Shown in pieces: positions 1-11,096 of a DNA stretch of 64,000 bases. Both the position numbers and the translations under genes were made by a program. The notes under the pieces were generated by a model. That model ran no database searches. It was not told the origin of the DNA and saw only the letters and a program-made list of their open reading frames with translations. The stretch is from Macrostomum lignano (lineage: Eukaryota): positions 62,001-126,000 of the forward strand of contig NIVC01000277.1 in NCBI GenBank assembly GCA_002269645.1, written 5' to 3'. Each line of letters starts with the position of its first letter. Within the stretch, counting starts at the first letter, position 1.

Positions 1-1572
1 TAGCTGCCGCACAACACCAGGCCAACCACAGTCGAGACGGGGATGAGAAGAGAAAGAGAACAAGCAGGACCAACATCAAGAAGAAGAAGAGACACCTTGC
101 AGAAATAATAAGAATGAGACTAAGAACTATTGAAAAGAATCCGGGACCGAGAGCACAGGAAGCACCTAAAAAACAAACAAAAACGAATAAAAACGAGCGC
201 AAACCAAAAAAAGACAAGTGAATGGAAGAAGAGGAGAAATGAAAGACGGAAAGAAAGAAGGACAAGAAGGAAGCAAAACGAGAAGAACCGCAGACAGAAG
301 AGACTGAAAGAGGAGACTCGAATCACAACATGGAACGTGCAGAGAGCTAACATCCTGGACAGACGCTTCGGAGAAATAACGAAGAAAATAATGACAGAGA
401 ACTGGCAAATCACTCTAATCTCAGAACTCAGAGCACCAGACGATGGAATAAGAAGCTACCACCAAAAAGGAAAGAATGTCCACCTGATTTACAGCAGGAA
501 AGCGGGAATTGTACTCAATGATGAATGGTACACCATCTGGAGAGACAGCGGAGCAAAGGTAACGAGGTGCGAGAGAGCGGTTATGCTTGAAATCTACGAG
601 TTATCAATCATCAGCATCTATAGTCCGGTCAGGGGCAGTCAACAATACGAAACAGAGCTGGCTGCACTCCGACATGAGATAGAACGGTACATCCATGCGG
701 ATAAGACACCAAGACCACTGATTATAGGAGGAGATTTCAATGCTCAGATTGGCAAAAACTCGGAAAGACCAACACCAAACAGAGGGAAATTTGGCTTGGA
801 GACAACAAATAAGCAGGGAGAAGACCTAGTGAACTGGTTGACATCCAACGACCTCGCATGGGTAAACTCGTTCTACCACCAAAAACGACGAGGGACATGG
901 CAGAACCCAAGTAACAGAAGATGGTACGAAATTGATGGATTCGCGACAAGAGCAGAGGACCGTAATAAAATCATAAAATCAATTAAAAATCACAACGGCT
1001 GTGCACTGTCCGACCACATCCCAAAGACATTAATAATCAGGAGCGTTGCCGACACAGGAAAAAGACCGAACGCAAAAAGACTGTACAGGAGAAGTAATCA
1101 AGGCATCAACTGGAAGAAGCTCTATGATGAAGAGAACGCAACGAAATTCAAAAAAGAGTTGGAAAGAAGAATGCAAACGTGGAAGGAGAACAAGGAGGAA
1201 AGAGAACAACCACCATGGACAGAAGTGCAAAGAATAATCGTGGAGAGTGCAAAGTCGATTTGCGGACCAGCGAACCGACAAACAAATCCGTGGATGTCAT
1301 CCCACGAAAACGACCTAAAGAGGTTGCACGAAGAATTGGCTGTAAGACTCCAACAGAGGAACAGGGCCAGGGAAACCCACGGCCCGAGAAGCGAGCAGAC
1401 GAAGAGAGCAGAAGAGGCGCTGAGAAAAACACGAAAAACCCAAAAAAACACGGTGCGTGAATGGGAAGAACAGTGGTGGGATCAACTGGCCGACGAATGT
1501 AGAAACGCAGCAGACAAAGGACAAATAGCGGTGGTATACGACAAACTCCGACTCCTAGACAAAAGAGGCACG
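1..1572 (+). mobile_element. RTE-like non-LTR retrotransposon, 5' part: basic N-terminal region plus APE endonuclease (ORF 130-1572; the element probably extends left of the window)
   Basis: The translation shows APE motifs ITTWNVQ, LISELR, SIYSP, IGGDFNAQIG, WYEID and SDH. The frame is cut at 1572 by an insertion and resumes in frame at 5274 (KRGT|AFNNSERGT). Confidence 0.92.
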
Positions 1573-4500
1573 CCCGCTGGAAAATGGTGCCTCAGCGCAA
1601 GCGTGATTTTGGCGTTTTTTAAGCAGAGAAGGCGAGTTTTGGGTGTGCAGAGCGTGCTTTGGGCTGGCTGAGTGTCAGTTAGGCGTAAAATTGGGGTGGT
1701 TGGTGGGGGGAGAGAAAAACGCCAAACCCGCTTAACCAGCTAATAAACGCCTGGGCAACTTAGGCAGCTAATTTTACGCGCAACCAGCTGGAAAGACGCC
1801 TAGGCAGCTAAGTTTACGGCCATGTAGGAAAGTACGCTTGGGCCGCCGAAATTACGCTCTGCCCGCCCAAATGACGCTTTGGCTGCTCTGACAGCCAATT
1901 TTACGCTCAACCTACTGAAGTGACGCTTAGACAGCTAAGCTTACGCCCAACCAGTTGGAATGACGCCTAGCCAGCTAAGTTTACGCCAACGGGATCATGC
2001 AAAGTACCGTCGCGCGCTGGTCGCCGCCGTCGCTGAATTCAACGGCCGCGCGGCCGCCGCGCGCGTGGCAGTGACATGAATAATTTCTCGACGTCATCCC
2101 GCCGCCCCGCACGGTCAGCAGTCGGCTGACGGCCAGCCGCAAGGATGCGGCTAATATCGCAGCCAGATACAAGGAGCTAGTAGGGGAGATCACGAGCGCG
2201 ATTGAAAATTTCATGGCTCCATATTCGGTGTCAATATTGTTACAGTATTAGCTTGCATGGTTGACTTTGCCAGGAAGCTGCACATTTACTAGCAACATGT
2301 TGCCGCTGTATTATCACTGCGGTAGATTATACCCTTTCTGACACCTTGCATTACGTTCTGAAACGCAACAATACAATTGAAAGTAATAATTAAAGTAGAC
2401 TTTTTGATGGAATACAGTAATTCTGTTGGCAAAAGACCGGAAGCAAATGTTTTATTTGGAATTTAACTGCCGTCGAAGGCCCACTTTAAAAGACCAATGA
2501 TGACTAATTATGAAATGTATTTCAATTGCGCAACTTGTTGAAAACATCTATTATAGGCATGAATGAACTGAGCGAGCACCCAACGTGTGTCTACAATTAA
2601 CGACAATTGCGTTATCTTGCTCGAGTGGAATAGGCACAGATTCAAATTGCATTGTATTTTTCGCTCAGATCATGCCCAAAGAAGAGTAGTGCTGCACTTC
2701 TGTGATCTGCACTTACATTTAACTGGCTGGCATAACAGGCCTCTGCCTAAACCAGAGCTCTCTAATACTAAAAGTATTTTAGTCAATACTTGGAATGACT
2801 GGACCAACTTTTGTGTTTAGTAGTCGTTTATTTGTTGCCTAATTGTTGTGGCTTTGTGCAATGTTAAAATAAGTATAGGAGATTAGTAAGAGTAATCTGT
2901 TAAATGTTTCTTCATCTTTCATTGTAGGCAGCTTTCTAGCTGTACACTTTTTTGGCTTGTACTTAATTAATTATATGACCTTTGTATCATTTGTGTGGCA
3001 AAATTCTTGATTTTTGCCTTTGGCATGTATATATAAATAAGAATTTGTTGCCAATTAAAGTATATGACTAGACCTATTTACAAGTCGCATCTGATAAGAT
3101 TTTTAGGCTGAGAAGGCCTAAGCTTGAGAGTTCATGTGTTTTGATTCATTATATTGATGTATTTAAACTGTCTTTAGACACATAATTTAGAGCTTTTTTT
3201 CTAGAAATCAATCAGTGTGAAATTGTGAAAATATGCATATATGATGTGATATGAATTTTGTATATAATATTTCATTTTTATTGGTTATTAATAGAAAGTC
3301 TACATTGCTTTTTTGTCATTTTAGGCACTATCAAGCTGAAAAAATGATTTCTTGCTAGCTACTATCATTCCTAGCTATCTTTTTTTAAAGATACAATCAT
3401 GTCAAAACAGCTGAAACAATTTCTTGCATCTCATTTTGAATATCATACGAAAAGGGAAAACAAGATCTTGAAATAAATAAGTGTAGATCTCAAGCTTTCA
3501 ATTCAAGATCTTAAGTCTAGGTTTCTTAATATGCCTAGGAGTAATTATTAATATGCATATTTAGGCGTAATAGGAAATTTTAATTAATATAATTTAATAT
3601 AAAGTCGTATAGTATAGTAATGATACCATACAAAAAATGGACTATTGCCTTTAATGTCTGTAATGTATAATGTGTAATGTGTTAATGTGTAATGTATTTT
3701 TACTTGCAATCACTTCCGTTATTCCGTGTATTTCATTACACTGTCAGGTTCCTGCCCTCACCGCCGTCGTCGTTCGGTCGGCACTAAGTGACTTCAAGCG
3801 GGACCCGGACGCTCACAATCGGAGCCGCCTGATCCGGAAGCTGCTGCAGGCCCTCTTCACCAAAGAGGAGCTGCAAATCAGCAGCTGGTCCGGCAAGACC
3901 CGCCGGCCCGGCGCTGCTAACAGCCCCGAGAAAATGATGCAGGCTCCGTCGGCTGCAAAGCTTGACGTCCTGGCGTCTTTCCTGTTGACGGAGGCCGGCA
4001 TTGCTGACTGCAACGACGAGGTCCGGGCCGTGTTTAAGAACATGGCCGACAACAGTCGGCGGGGCTCGCGCCCGAAGGCTGCTCGTCCTGCCCCTGGAGG
4101 TGGCGATACGCAAGCCGAAAAGCGCCCCCGCCATGCAGAGTCTGCTATCACACTGCAATCACGGCCGGCGAATGCGTCTAATCCTGAACCGGCGGCGAAT
4201 AGGGGATCTGCACCAGTGGTTAATGATGGCTCTGAACCGGCGGCGACTGCGTCTGCCTAAAAACGTATAATCTGTGTCAAAATAACATCACAAAAATGGT
4301 TACACGTTTTCGTCTTCATGCTGGTTTAAAAGCGCTCTTGCAAGCTAGCTTCAACTCATCCACTGTTTTTTCAGTTGCAAGTTACTAGTGATTCCCCACA
4401 AAATTTGTCCCGGCGAAAAGTTCATTATTGCTGCACCGGGATATCTGTTGAGTTTGACTCAACAGCGCCATGCTTTTATTGTTCTTTAGTACTTTGCATT

Positions 4501-5270
4501 GCATTACAAAAAAACAAAAAAATTACATTGTGGCTCTCATTACATTTCCAGCTCCACTGTTTTTGCTGCTCCAGCTCCACAGCATTTTATTATGTTCCAG
4601 TTCAAGATTTACGTTTACAACTTTCTTTGCTGTTTGTATTACTTTCTTGTTACAGCTACGACTTTTATGCAGCTTGTCTTTTTGCTCAGTCATTTGCCAG
4701 CGAATTAATGTTAATGTTAATGTTAAAAAATAATATTTAATTAAATACATACGTTCCTAGTTGTGTTATAAATTAAAAAACCAATTAAGGTAACTAGCTA
4801 AAAATTTTCAGCCATTATCTCTTACACTTTTGATTATTTTCTACGTACGGGACGCAGCTAGTACAGTGTATTCCCGAAGTACCGCGGCGTAAGCAATTAC
4901 CGGGCAAGGCGTATTTCAAGCGTAGCACTGGCGTATGCCAGGCTGGCAACATGCGTATCTCAAGCGTACCGCGGGCGTAAGCTTAGCGGGCAAGGCGTAT
5001 TTCAAGCGTACCGCGAGCGTTAACCCCACCCCAAACCCCAGCTGGTTGGGCGTGCGTGTGCGGTTTCTAGGCGTATTTTTGGCGGTTTCTGAAAATGTGC
5101 CTCAGTTTTACGCCTGTTTTACGCTTCTTTACGCACAACCTGCTATGTTTACGCCAAGTTTACGCGAAGCTCCCCCATCCTCCCCATAGCCGCGCACCCC
5201 CACCCACCCCTCCCCCGGAGTGTTTTTAAAGCGCATTTTAGGCGTATTTCGCGCTCCGTTTTCCAGCGGG
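1573..5270. mobile_element. Non-autonomous CMC/EnSpm(CACTA)-like DNA transposon, 3698 bp, inserted in the LINE
   Basis: It has a perfect 12-bp TIR (CCCGCTGGAAAA at 1573; TTTTCCAGCGGG ending at 5270) and a 3-bp TSD ACG (1570-1572, 5271-5273). Many TTACGC/GCGTAA subterminal motifs occur at both ends. Removing the element restores the LINE frame. No transposase ORF is visible. Confidence 0.85.
3748..4260 (+). CDS. BEN-domain-like coding exon inside the CMC-like element
   Basis: A splice acceptor (ctgtcAG, 3746-3747) precedes RLIRKLLQALFTKEELQISSWSGK...SAAKLDVLASFL...EVRAVFKNMADNSRR. This matches the BEN pattern LL..LF..EEL..S..G...LD...I....R. The upstream exon is uncertain (possibly about 2085-2225). 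Confidence 0.7.
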   Translation, partial: VPALTAVVVRSALSDFKRDPDAHNRSRLIRKLLQALFTKEELQISSWSGKTRRPGAANSPEKMMQAPSAAKLDVLASFLLTEAGIADCNDEVRAVFKNMADNSRRGSRPKAARPAPGGGDTQAEKRPRHAESAITLQSRPANASNPEPAANRGSAPVVNDGSEPAATASA

Positions 5271-5273
5271 ACG

Positions 5274-7550
5274 GCCTTCAACAATAGTGAAAGAGGCACG
5301 AATATCGACGAACAGGAATTCAAGGAACACCTAGAAAACATACAGAAAACAAGAATGGAGAACGAACCGGAGAAGATCGCAGAGCTCATTAGAAACATCA
5401 AAACCCCAGCGGGAAGTAAAACCATTAGCAAGGAAGAATACAGAGAACTCAGCGACACACCGAGTGACGCGGAGATCGAAAGAGCAATCAAAGAAATGAA
5501 GGACAAAAGCCCGGGAGAGGACGAAATACGCCTGCGCTACCTTAAGGAAGGGCCCGAAGAAGTTAGAGAAGCTGTCCGGGAAAGAATCCGATACCTATAC
5601 GAACACCGAGCGTGGCACTGGGAAGCCAGTGAGAAGGTAGGCCTTATCATACCACTCTTTAAGAAAGGGGACAGGACCGACCTTAACAATTACCGAGGAG
5701 TGTGCCTCCTGCCGATGCTAAGTCGCATATTGGCAAGAATCATCGCCTCAAGGTTACGGGACTGGGCAGAACGAGTCGGGGCGCTTGACGACAATCAGAA
5801 TGGCTTTAGAGCCAACCGATCAACGGCAGACAGCACCCAGATAATCATCCGTATACAAGAGGACATAATAGAATACCGCCAGGCGAAAAACGCCGTAGGA
5901 GACTGCAACCTAGAAGAAGACCAACTAGCATTTCTCCTGGACCTCCGGAAAGCATACCCCAGAGTCAGCAAGTGATTGACAAATTGAAGGACCTTCATGA
6001 ATACACAGAGTACAAAGTGAAAGGAAAGAAACAGTCCAGTGAATCGTGGTTGCCAGAAAGAGGACTACGCGAAGGATGCCCGACATCCCCAGTTCTATTT
6101 AATATCTTTCACCAAGCATGCATCAGGGAAGTTGAGGAGAAAAGAGCACAAACAGCAAAGGAGAAAAAGCAAATATGCGGAATCGAATGGACATACCTCC
6201 CAGGAAGCTCACTCCCACCTCAGCGAAGAAACCAACCAAACTCGGAGACCAAAACCGAACTCATCAGAACAACAGTTCTATTCGCAGACGACACCACTAT
6301 CCTAGGCAACCGCAAGGAACTCAGCGCGGGCCTAGAGTCGACGAAAGAAATAATGGCAGGATTCGAAGAACAAACGAACGACAAAAAAACAAGAGGAAAT
6401 TATATTCGGAACCAGAGAGGGAGGAAAAGTACGCATGCTAGGATCATGGACGGACACGAAGTATGACACGAGCCAGAGATTGCAAAAAGCGGCGAGAAGC
6501 TGGTCGACGATCCGTAGACGTTTTATCAAGTGCAGGTTGAAAAAGACCACGCAAGCGAAGGTCGTTGAAGCCTGTATTGAGAGCATCCTGCTATTCCACG
6601 CGAACATACGCCCATTCCTGAAGTCAGAAACGAAGCAACTACAAAGCTTCATGGACCGGATCTGGAACACTAAGGGAAATGGAGGCAAAAGGAATAAATA
6701 TGCAGGACATTCGCAATGAACTAGAAGTAACGACAATACAAACAAAGATTGAGAAGAGCCACCTGATCCGCATCGGACATGTGCTTCGCATGGAGGCGAA
6801 CCGCCTAACGAAAAAGATGGTTCTCGGATGGTACAAGGGTCTGGAAAAGATAAGGAAAACACGTAAGAGAAAAGGTAACACCATCGAATATTGGAAGCGA
6901 CTACTACGCCAAGCAGGGATCGAGCCCGAAAGGACAGAGAGACTAGCAACCGACCGCCAGAAATGGCGTAAAATTGTTCAAGAACGCATAAGCCACCTCA
7001 AGAGATGGGAACAACAACAAGGAAAGAAGGCAGAAGCAAGGAACATCGAAAGGAACGACAAACAGAAACAGGAGAAAACAAGAACACTCATATGTGAATA
7101 CACAGACTGCGGAAAGGAGTGCAAAAGCAAAGCAGGCCTGACCATTCACCAAAAGAGGATGCACCGCAAGATAGAAGAACCAGTAACGTTCAAGTGCGAA
7201 AAATGCGAGAAGCAGTTCAGGCAAGAGGCAACGTGGTTAAACCACGTAAAGGTCTGCGGAGGAGAGAGAGAAGTGGGACGAAACCGCGTAAAATGCGCGA
7301 ACTGTGCTCGAGAAATATCGAAATCAAACCTAGCGAGACACCGCAAAACCTGCGGTACAACGCGGGAAGAGACACGGTCCCCGGGAGGTGAGAGGAAGTA
7401 CCGAGCGAAAACTAAACAATGCGAAGGTTGTGGGCGCACGCTCGCCGCGACGAACATGGCACGCCACCTACGCACCTGCAAGGACTGCTGACGAGAGACC
7501 CCGAAGACTGCCCATGCCACACACGGCGACAAAAGGGAAGAAGAAGAAGA
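5274..7550 (+). mobile_element. RTE-like LINE, 3' part: reverse transcriptase plus C-terminal zinc-finger array, ending in a (GAA)n tail; disrupted by frameshifts and small deletions
   Basis: RT motifs are IIPLFKKGD...NYRGVCLL, QNGFR, DLRKAYPRV, GLREGCPTSPVLFN and LFADD. Frame breaks occur near 5973, 6390 and 6660. Four Cys/His motifs lie in 7090-7490, the stop is at 7491, and a GAAGAAGAAGAAGA tail ends at 7550. Confidence 0.92.
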
Positions 7551-9434
7551 CATTCCCATCGCGGAGCTGTTGCCAACCGCCTGACGTGAGCGGACCACGG
7601 CGCCCATTTGCAGAGCTCGGTGCGCATTATAACCGTAATTACGGTATATAACTGCAGCAGAGGTGCCGTGGGCGCGTGCAAATGCGTGCAGCTGCGCAGG
7701 CTCCATCGCCAGGACAACGCTGCTCAAGGTCCGACGCCAGTCTGTCGCCACATAATGTCTGCCGAGCAATCGCTCTCCTCCGGCGCTGATCATCCGGCTG
7801 AAGGCGCTCTCAGTGTAAACCCGGCCGAAGATGTCTAGAAACACCGTGGATACCTCGACCGCAGGAGCAGCGACTCCGCGCGCAGCCAGGCTTGGCCGGA
7901 TATAGCAGTCGTGCAGACGCAGCAGGGCGTCGCAAGACGTATCCGACAGCACCATGGTAGTCGGCTCGCCATTGTGCCCGGCCTTGTGCGGAACCTCTGT
8001 CAGCGGCATCACCAGGTGCGAGTGACCCTCCAGATCGGACTCCGTGGCGCTGATCGAGGTGTCCCGAAACAGCTGATCCATGTCGTCAGCTGCCCGGTGT
8101 CGCACTCTACGGTCCAGCAGATGCTGTCGCCGCAGATAGATCCACGGCAGGAGTCGCACTGGCTGTTCGACACTGCAGAAGAACAAGCACTCCTGCACGA
8201 TGCGGCGGACACAGGTCACCTTGGCGTTTAAGTTCTCATCGCCGGCGTCTGCGTGGTCGTCGTCGGCGGTGGCGGCTGCGGCGGTGCTCCAGTTGCCAGT
8301 CTCTGGCAGTCCCTGCCAGCTGTGCTCGAAGAGCATCTTAAAGAAGCGGTCGCGCCGGTCGAAGATGGCGCCGACCTCGCTCCGCTTAACGTAGCTGGCC
8401 ATGTAGGTCATCTGACGACCGTGATGGCCCAGCTTGTTCAGCTGTTCCTGCAGGGAGCGGATGGCGGCAAACTCGCCCTTGGCCTCGTTCAGCAATGAAA
8501 GCAAGCGTGAGACTGTTAGCTGCCTGGCAGCCAGCGAATCCTTACAGCAGTCGTCACCGCCGCCGTCATCATCTTTGCTGGCATTTTTTCCTCGCTCAAA
8601 ATTTCTGACTGGCGCAGCCCGATTGCGTCGAGCACCTGTTGGAAACAACGGTTGCCGCGCACATTCAGCCAGCCCTCCAAACACAGAAAAATCGACACCA
8701 TCTCTTGGCACTTGCGGCCGGCTGTTGAAGGTGCCAACTTTAACTCCTGGGCGACAACCTCAAGCCCGAAGACACTGGCGACGAGGTCGGGTCGCAGCAC
8801 TAAGTCGGCCAGAGTCAGCTGCTTTCGAAGCCAGAGCCGTTCCAGCGTGGCGCCAACAGAGCAGCAAATTTTCTGTCAGCGACAGCTGTGGCTCTGGTTG
8901 GCAGAGACGTGCAGTTTAACTGGTGCGGACCACCAGAGTGCTGTCAATCGACCAAGCATGGCATCGATGGACGGTCGGTCTGCTGCTACTCCAAGGGCCA
9001 CCTTTCTGGTGGGGTGCTCTTTCGGTGGTAAAGGTTCCAGCCTGAAATAGCGTCGGTGCTGTCCTGGTTGCAGCGTTTTTCCCTTTTTCCTTTGCTATCT
9101 CGCCTTCTTTCTGCGAGGAAGCAGCAGCAGCATAATCAGAGTGCCAACCTCAGGACTAGTCGGCTGCTGCAACTCGGGCGCCGCTATTTCCAGTGGTTCA
9201 GACGCAACCACGGCACTCAGGTCGGAAGCTCTGTCGTTCAACTGAATGCAATCAATAGTCGGCTGCTGCTGCGGCGACACAGTTATTAAAATGCTGCAGG
9301 CTGCTCGTCCTATTGAATCTGCAGCAACCATCAGACGATCGTAGATCGCCTAGTCGTCGTAATCTTCTGCTGATGCTCTTAACGCAGCAGACCCCATTGC
9401 CCCGTCGTCGCCATCCTCTGCTGATGCTCTTAAC

Positions 9435-11096
9435 CAAGGACTTCTCTATATAGCATCTGGACTGGAAGCTTCGCAATTTTTTTTCCGTCTCTACACCTCA
9501 CCGGGGCAAAAGAAGAAACGACCCAGAAGGAGGAAAGGATACAGGAAAAATTTAACTGTCAAGCTGGCTATAAACATGTCAAAGACACTGTACACAGAAA
9601 AGAAGCAAAGTTCAGAGGCATGCAGGGAAAAGCTCATGGGGTAAAGTTTTTTCCCCAACAATGAATCTTTAACATGTACGTTTATCTTGAAAACTAGTCT
9701 GCTATTCGGACTGAGTCATTACTGGAGGTGATGAGTGGGAGTCCCACTCCCAAGTTCTATATATACTGACGAGCTGGCTGTACTGTACAATAATGAAAAA
9801 GAAAATTTTGCCTTCAGTGCCTGCCTCATCAATTTCACAATACTGCTACAGTTGCTTCATGCACTGACAATTTTGTTCCAACAAAATGGTTAAGTCGTGC
9901 TCAGCACAGGGCTGCACTAATCGAGCCTCCTGGGACAAGGAACTGAGCTCTCATGGCTATCCAATGCACAATGCAGTCTTTATTGAACAATGGAAGCGAG
10001 CAAATCCAAGGCAGAATTTCGAGCCTACCAAGAGCTCAACCATTTGCTCTGCGCACTTCCACCCCCAAGACTTCGTGGAAAACTCTCTGGACACCAACGC
10101 GAGCCGCAAGAAGGGCCGGGACCAACTGTCGAGGCGGTATCTGAAGCCAGGGACGGTGCCGTCTATCTTCCCGAATCTCTCTTCTGCCAAGGCGGAACCG
10201 AGGTCAACTGCGGCAACATCAACTCAGCGCTTGGAGAGAGAAAATGCTGCATTGCAAGGCCAAATTGATGAGTTCCGAGATGCGGACTCAATCGTGGACG
10301 ACGACATTGATGAAGTGCAGCTAAAACTGAATCGAGAGGAAGGAAAACCGGCAGGATTTCATACCACCATGCTTGCTGACCAGCTGCATCTACACGCTGA
10401 ACATGGAGCCTTCATTTCATGTCTCCTGCTACATCTGCATGGCTAAGGACGACAGCATCACTATTGGAGTCAATGGAGTGTTGCTAAAGCCAACCCGACC
10501 CGACTCAGAGACTTACTTTCGGACGGGAAAGTATCGACTCTCAGTCGACTAGTCAACATAATGTCCAGAGTCAAGAACTGGGAGGTAGACAGTCCATCGG
10601 CCACTGGAAATTTGGAGCAGCTGAAACTCAGCAGGCAGCCGAGCTGCAGAAGGAGATATTCACAGCAGCTCATGATCTTCGCTTATGTTCTGTACCCCAC
10701 CAGCGCTTCGGCTTATAAGACAATACTGGAGCAGGACATCCTCTGTTTTCCATCTGATCGAACCCTTCGGTCTGCTTCAGCCAAATTTGCTTCAAAGAAT
10801 GGTCTAGACATCGAAAGCTACCTTCAGTTGAGAGCATCGAAGTTATCGAAATTTATCGAAATCGAATCGTAAATCGAAATTTTTAATAATCGAAATTATT
10901 AAAAAAAGAAATCTAAATCATTCAAAATAATTTTTTATTAGGCTCATGATTTATATAACAATATAAATGCATAATGGCCAGCTATCTAATATACGATGTA
11001 ACTAGGATCTAAGCTATTTTGGGAAGGGCTTTTGCCCCTCTAAGGTATATGCGGGTGGGGAGCTTCTAGTCCAGATGCTATATAGAGAAGTCTCTG
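9435..11096 (+). mobile_element. Internally deleted P-superfamily (THAP) DNA transposon, 1662 bp
   Basis: The TIR is CAAGGACTTCTCTATATAGCATCTGGACTGGAAGCT versus the right-end reverse complement CAGAGACTTCTCTATATAGCATCTGGACTAGAAGCT. The 7-bp TSD TCTTAAC is at 9428-9434 and 11097-11103. It carries a THAP ORF plus RYSQQLMIFAYVLY..SASAY...PSDRTL. The catalytic domain is absent. Confidence 0.9.
9886..10446 (+). pseudogene. THAP domain plus coiled coil of the P transposase N-terminus (186-aa ORF ended by a frameshift; remnants continue to about 10860)
   Basis: It shows the C2CH THAP signature CSAQGC...W...P....ICSAHF...F...LKPGTVPSIF. Confidence 0.88.

Noticed and set aside
7146-7550. Last 135 codons of the 521-aa minus-strand ORF as part of the recombinase
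   Set aside because: They are the antisense of the LINE tail and zinc fingers. The real homology stops at the insertion junction 7550/7551.
7632-7645. Perfect 14-bp palindrome ACCGTAATTACGGT over the catalytic Tyr codon
   Set aside because: About four such palindromes are expected by chance in 64 kb (64000/4^7), and there is no second site.
7551-8711. Prophage or bacterial contamination
   Set aside because: The gene is interrupted by eukaryotic elements with intact TSD or tail and has no phage neighbours or operon structure.
9886-10446. Host THAP transcription factor
   Set aside because: It lies between TIRs with a TSD and is followed by frameshifted P-transposase sequence.
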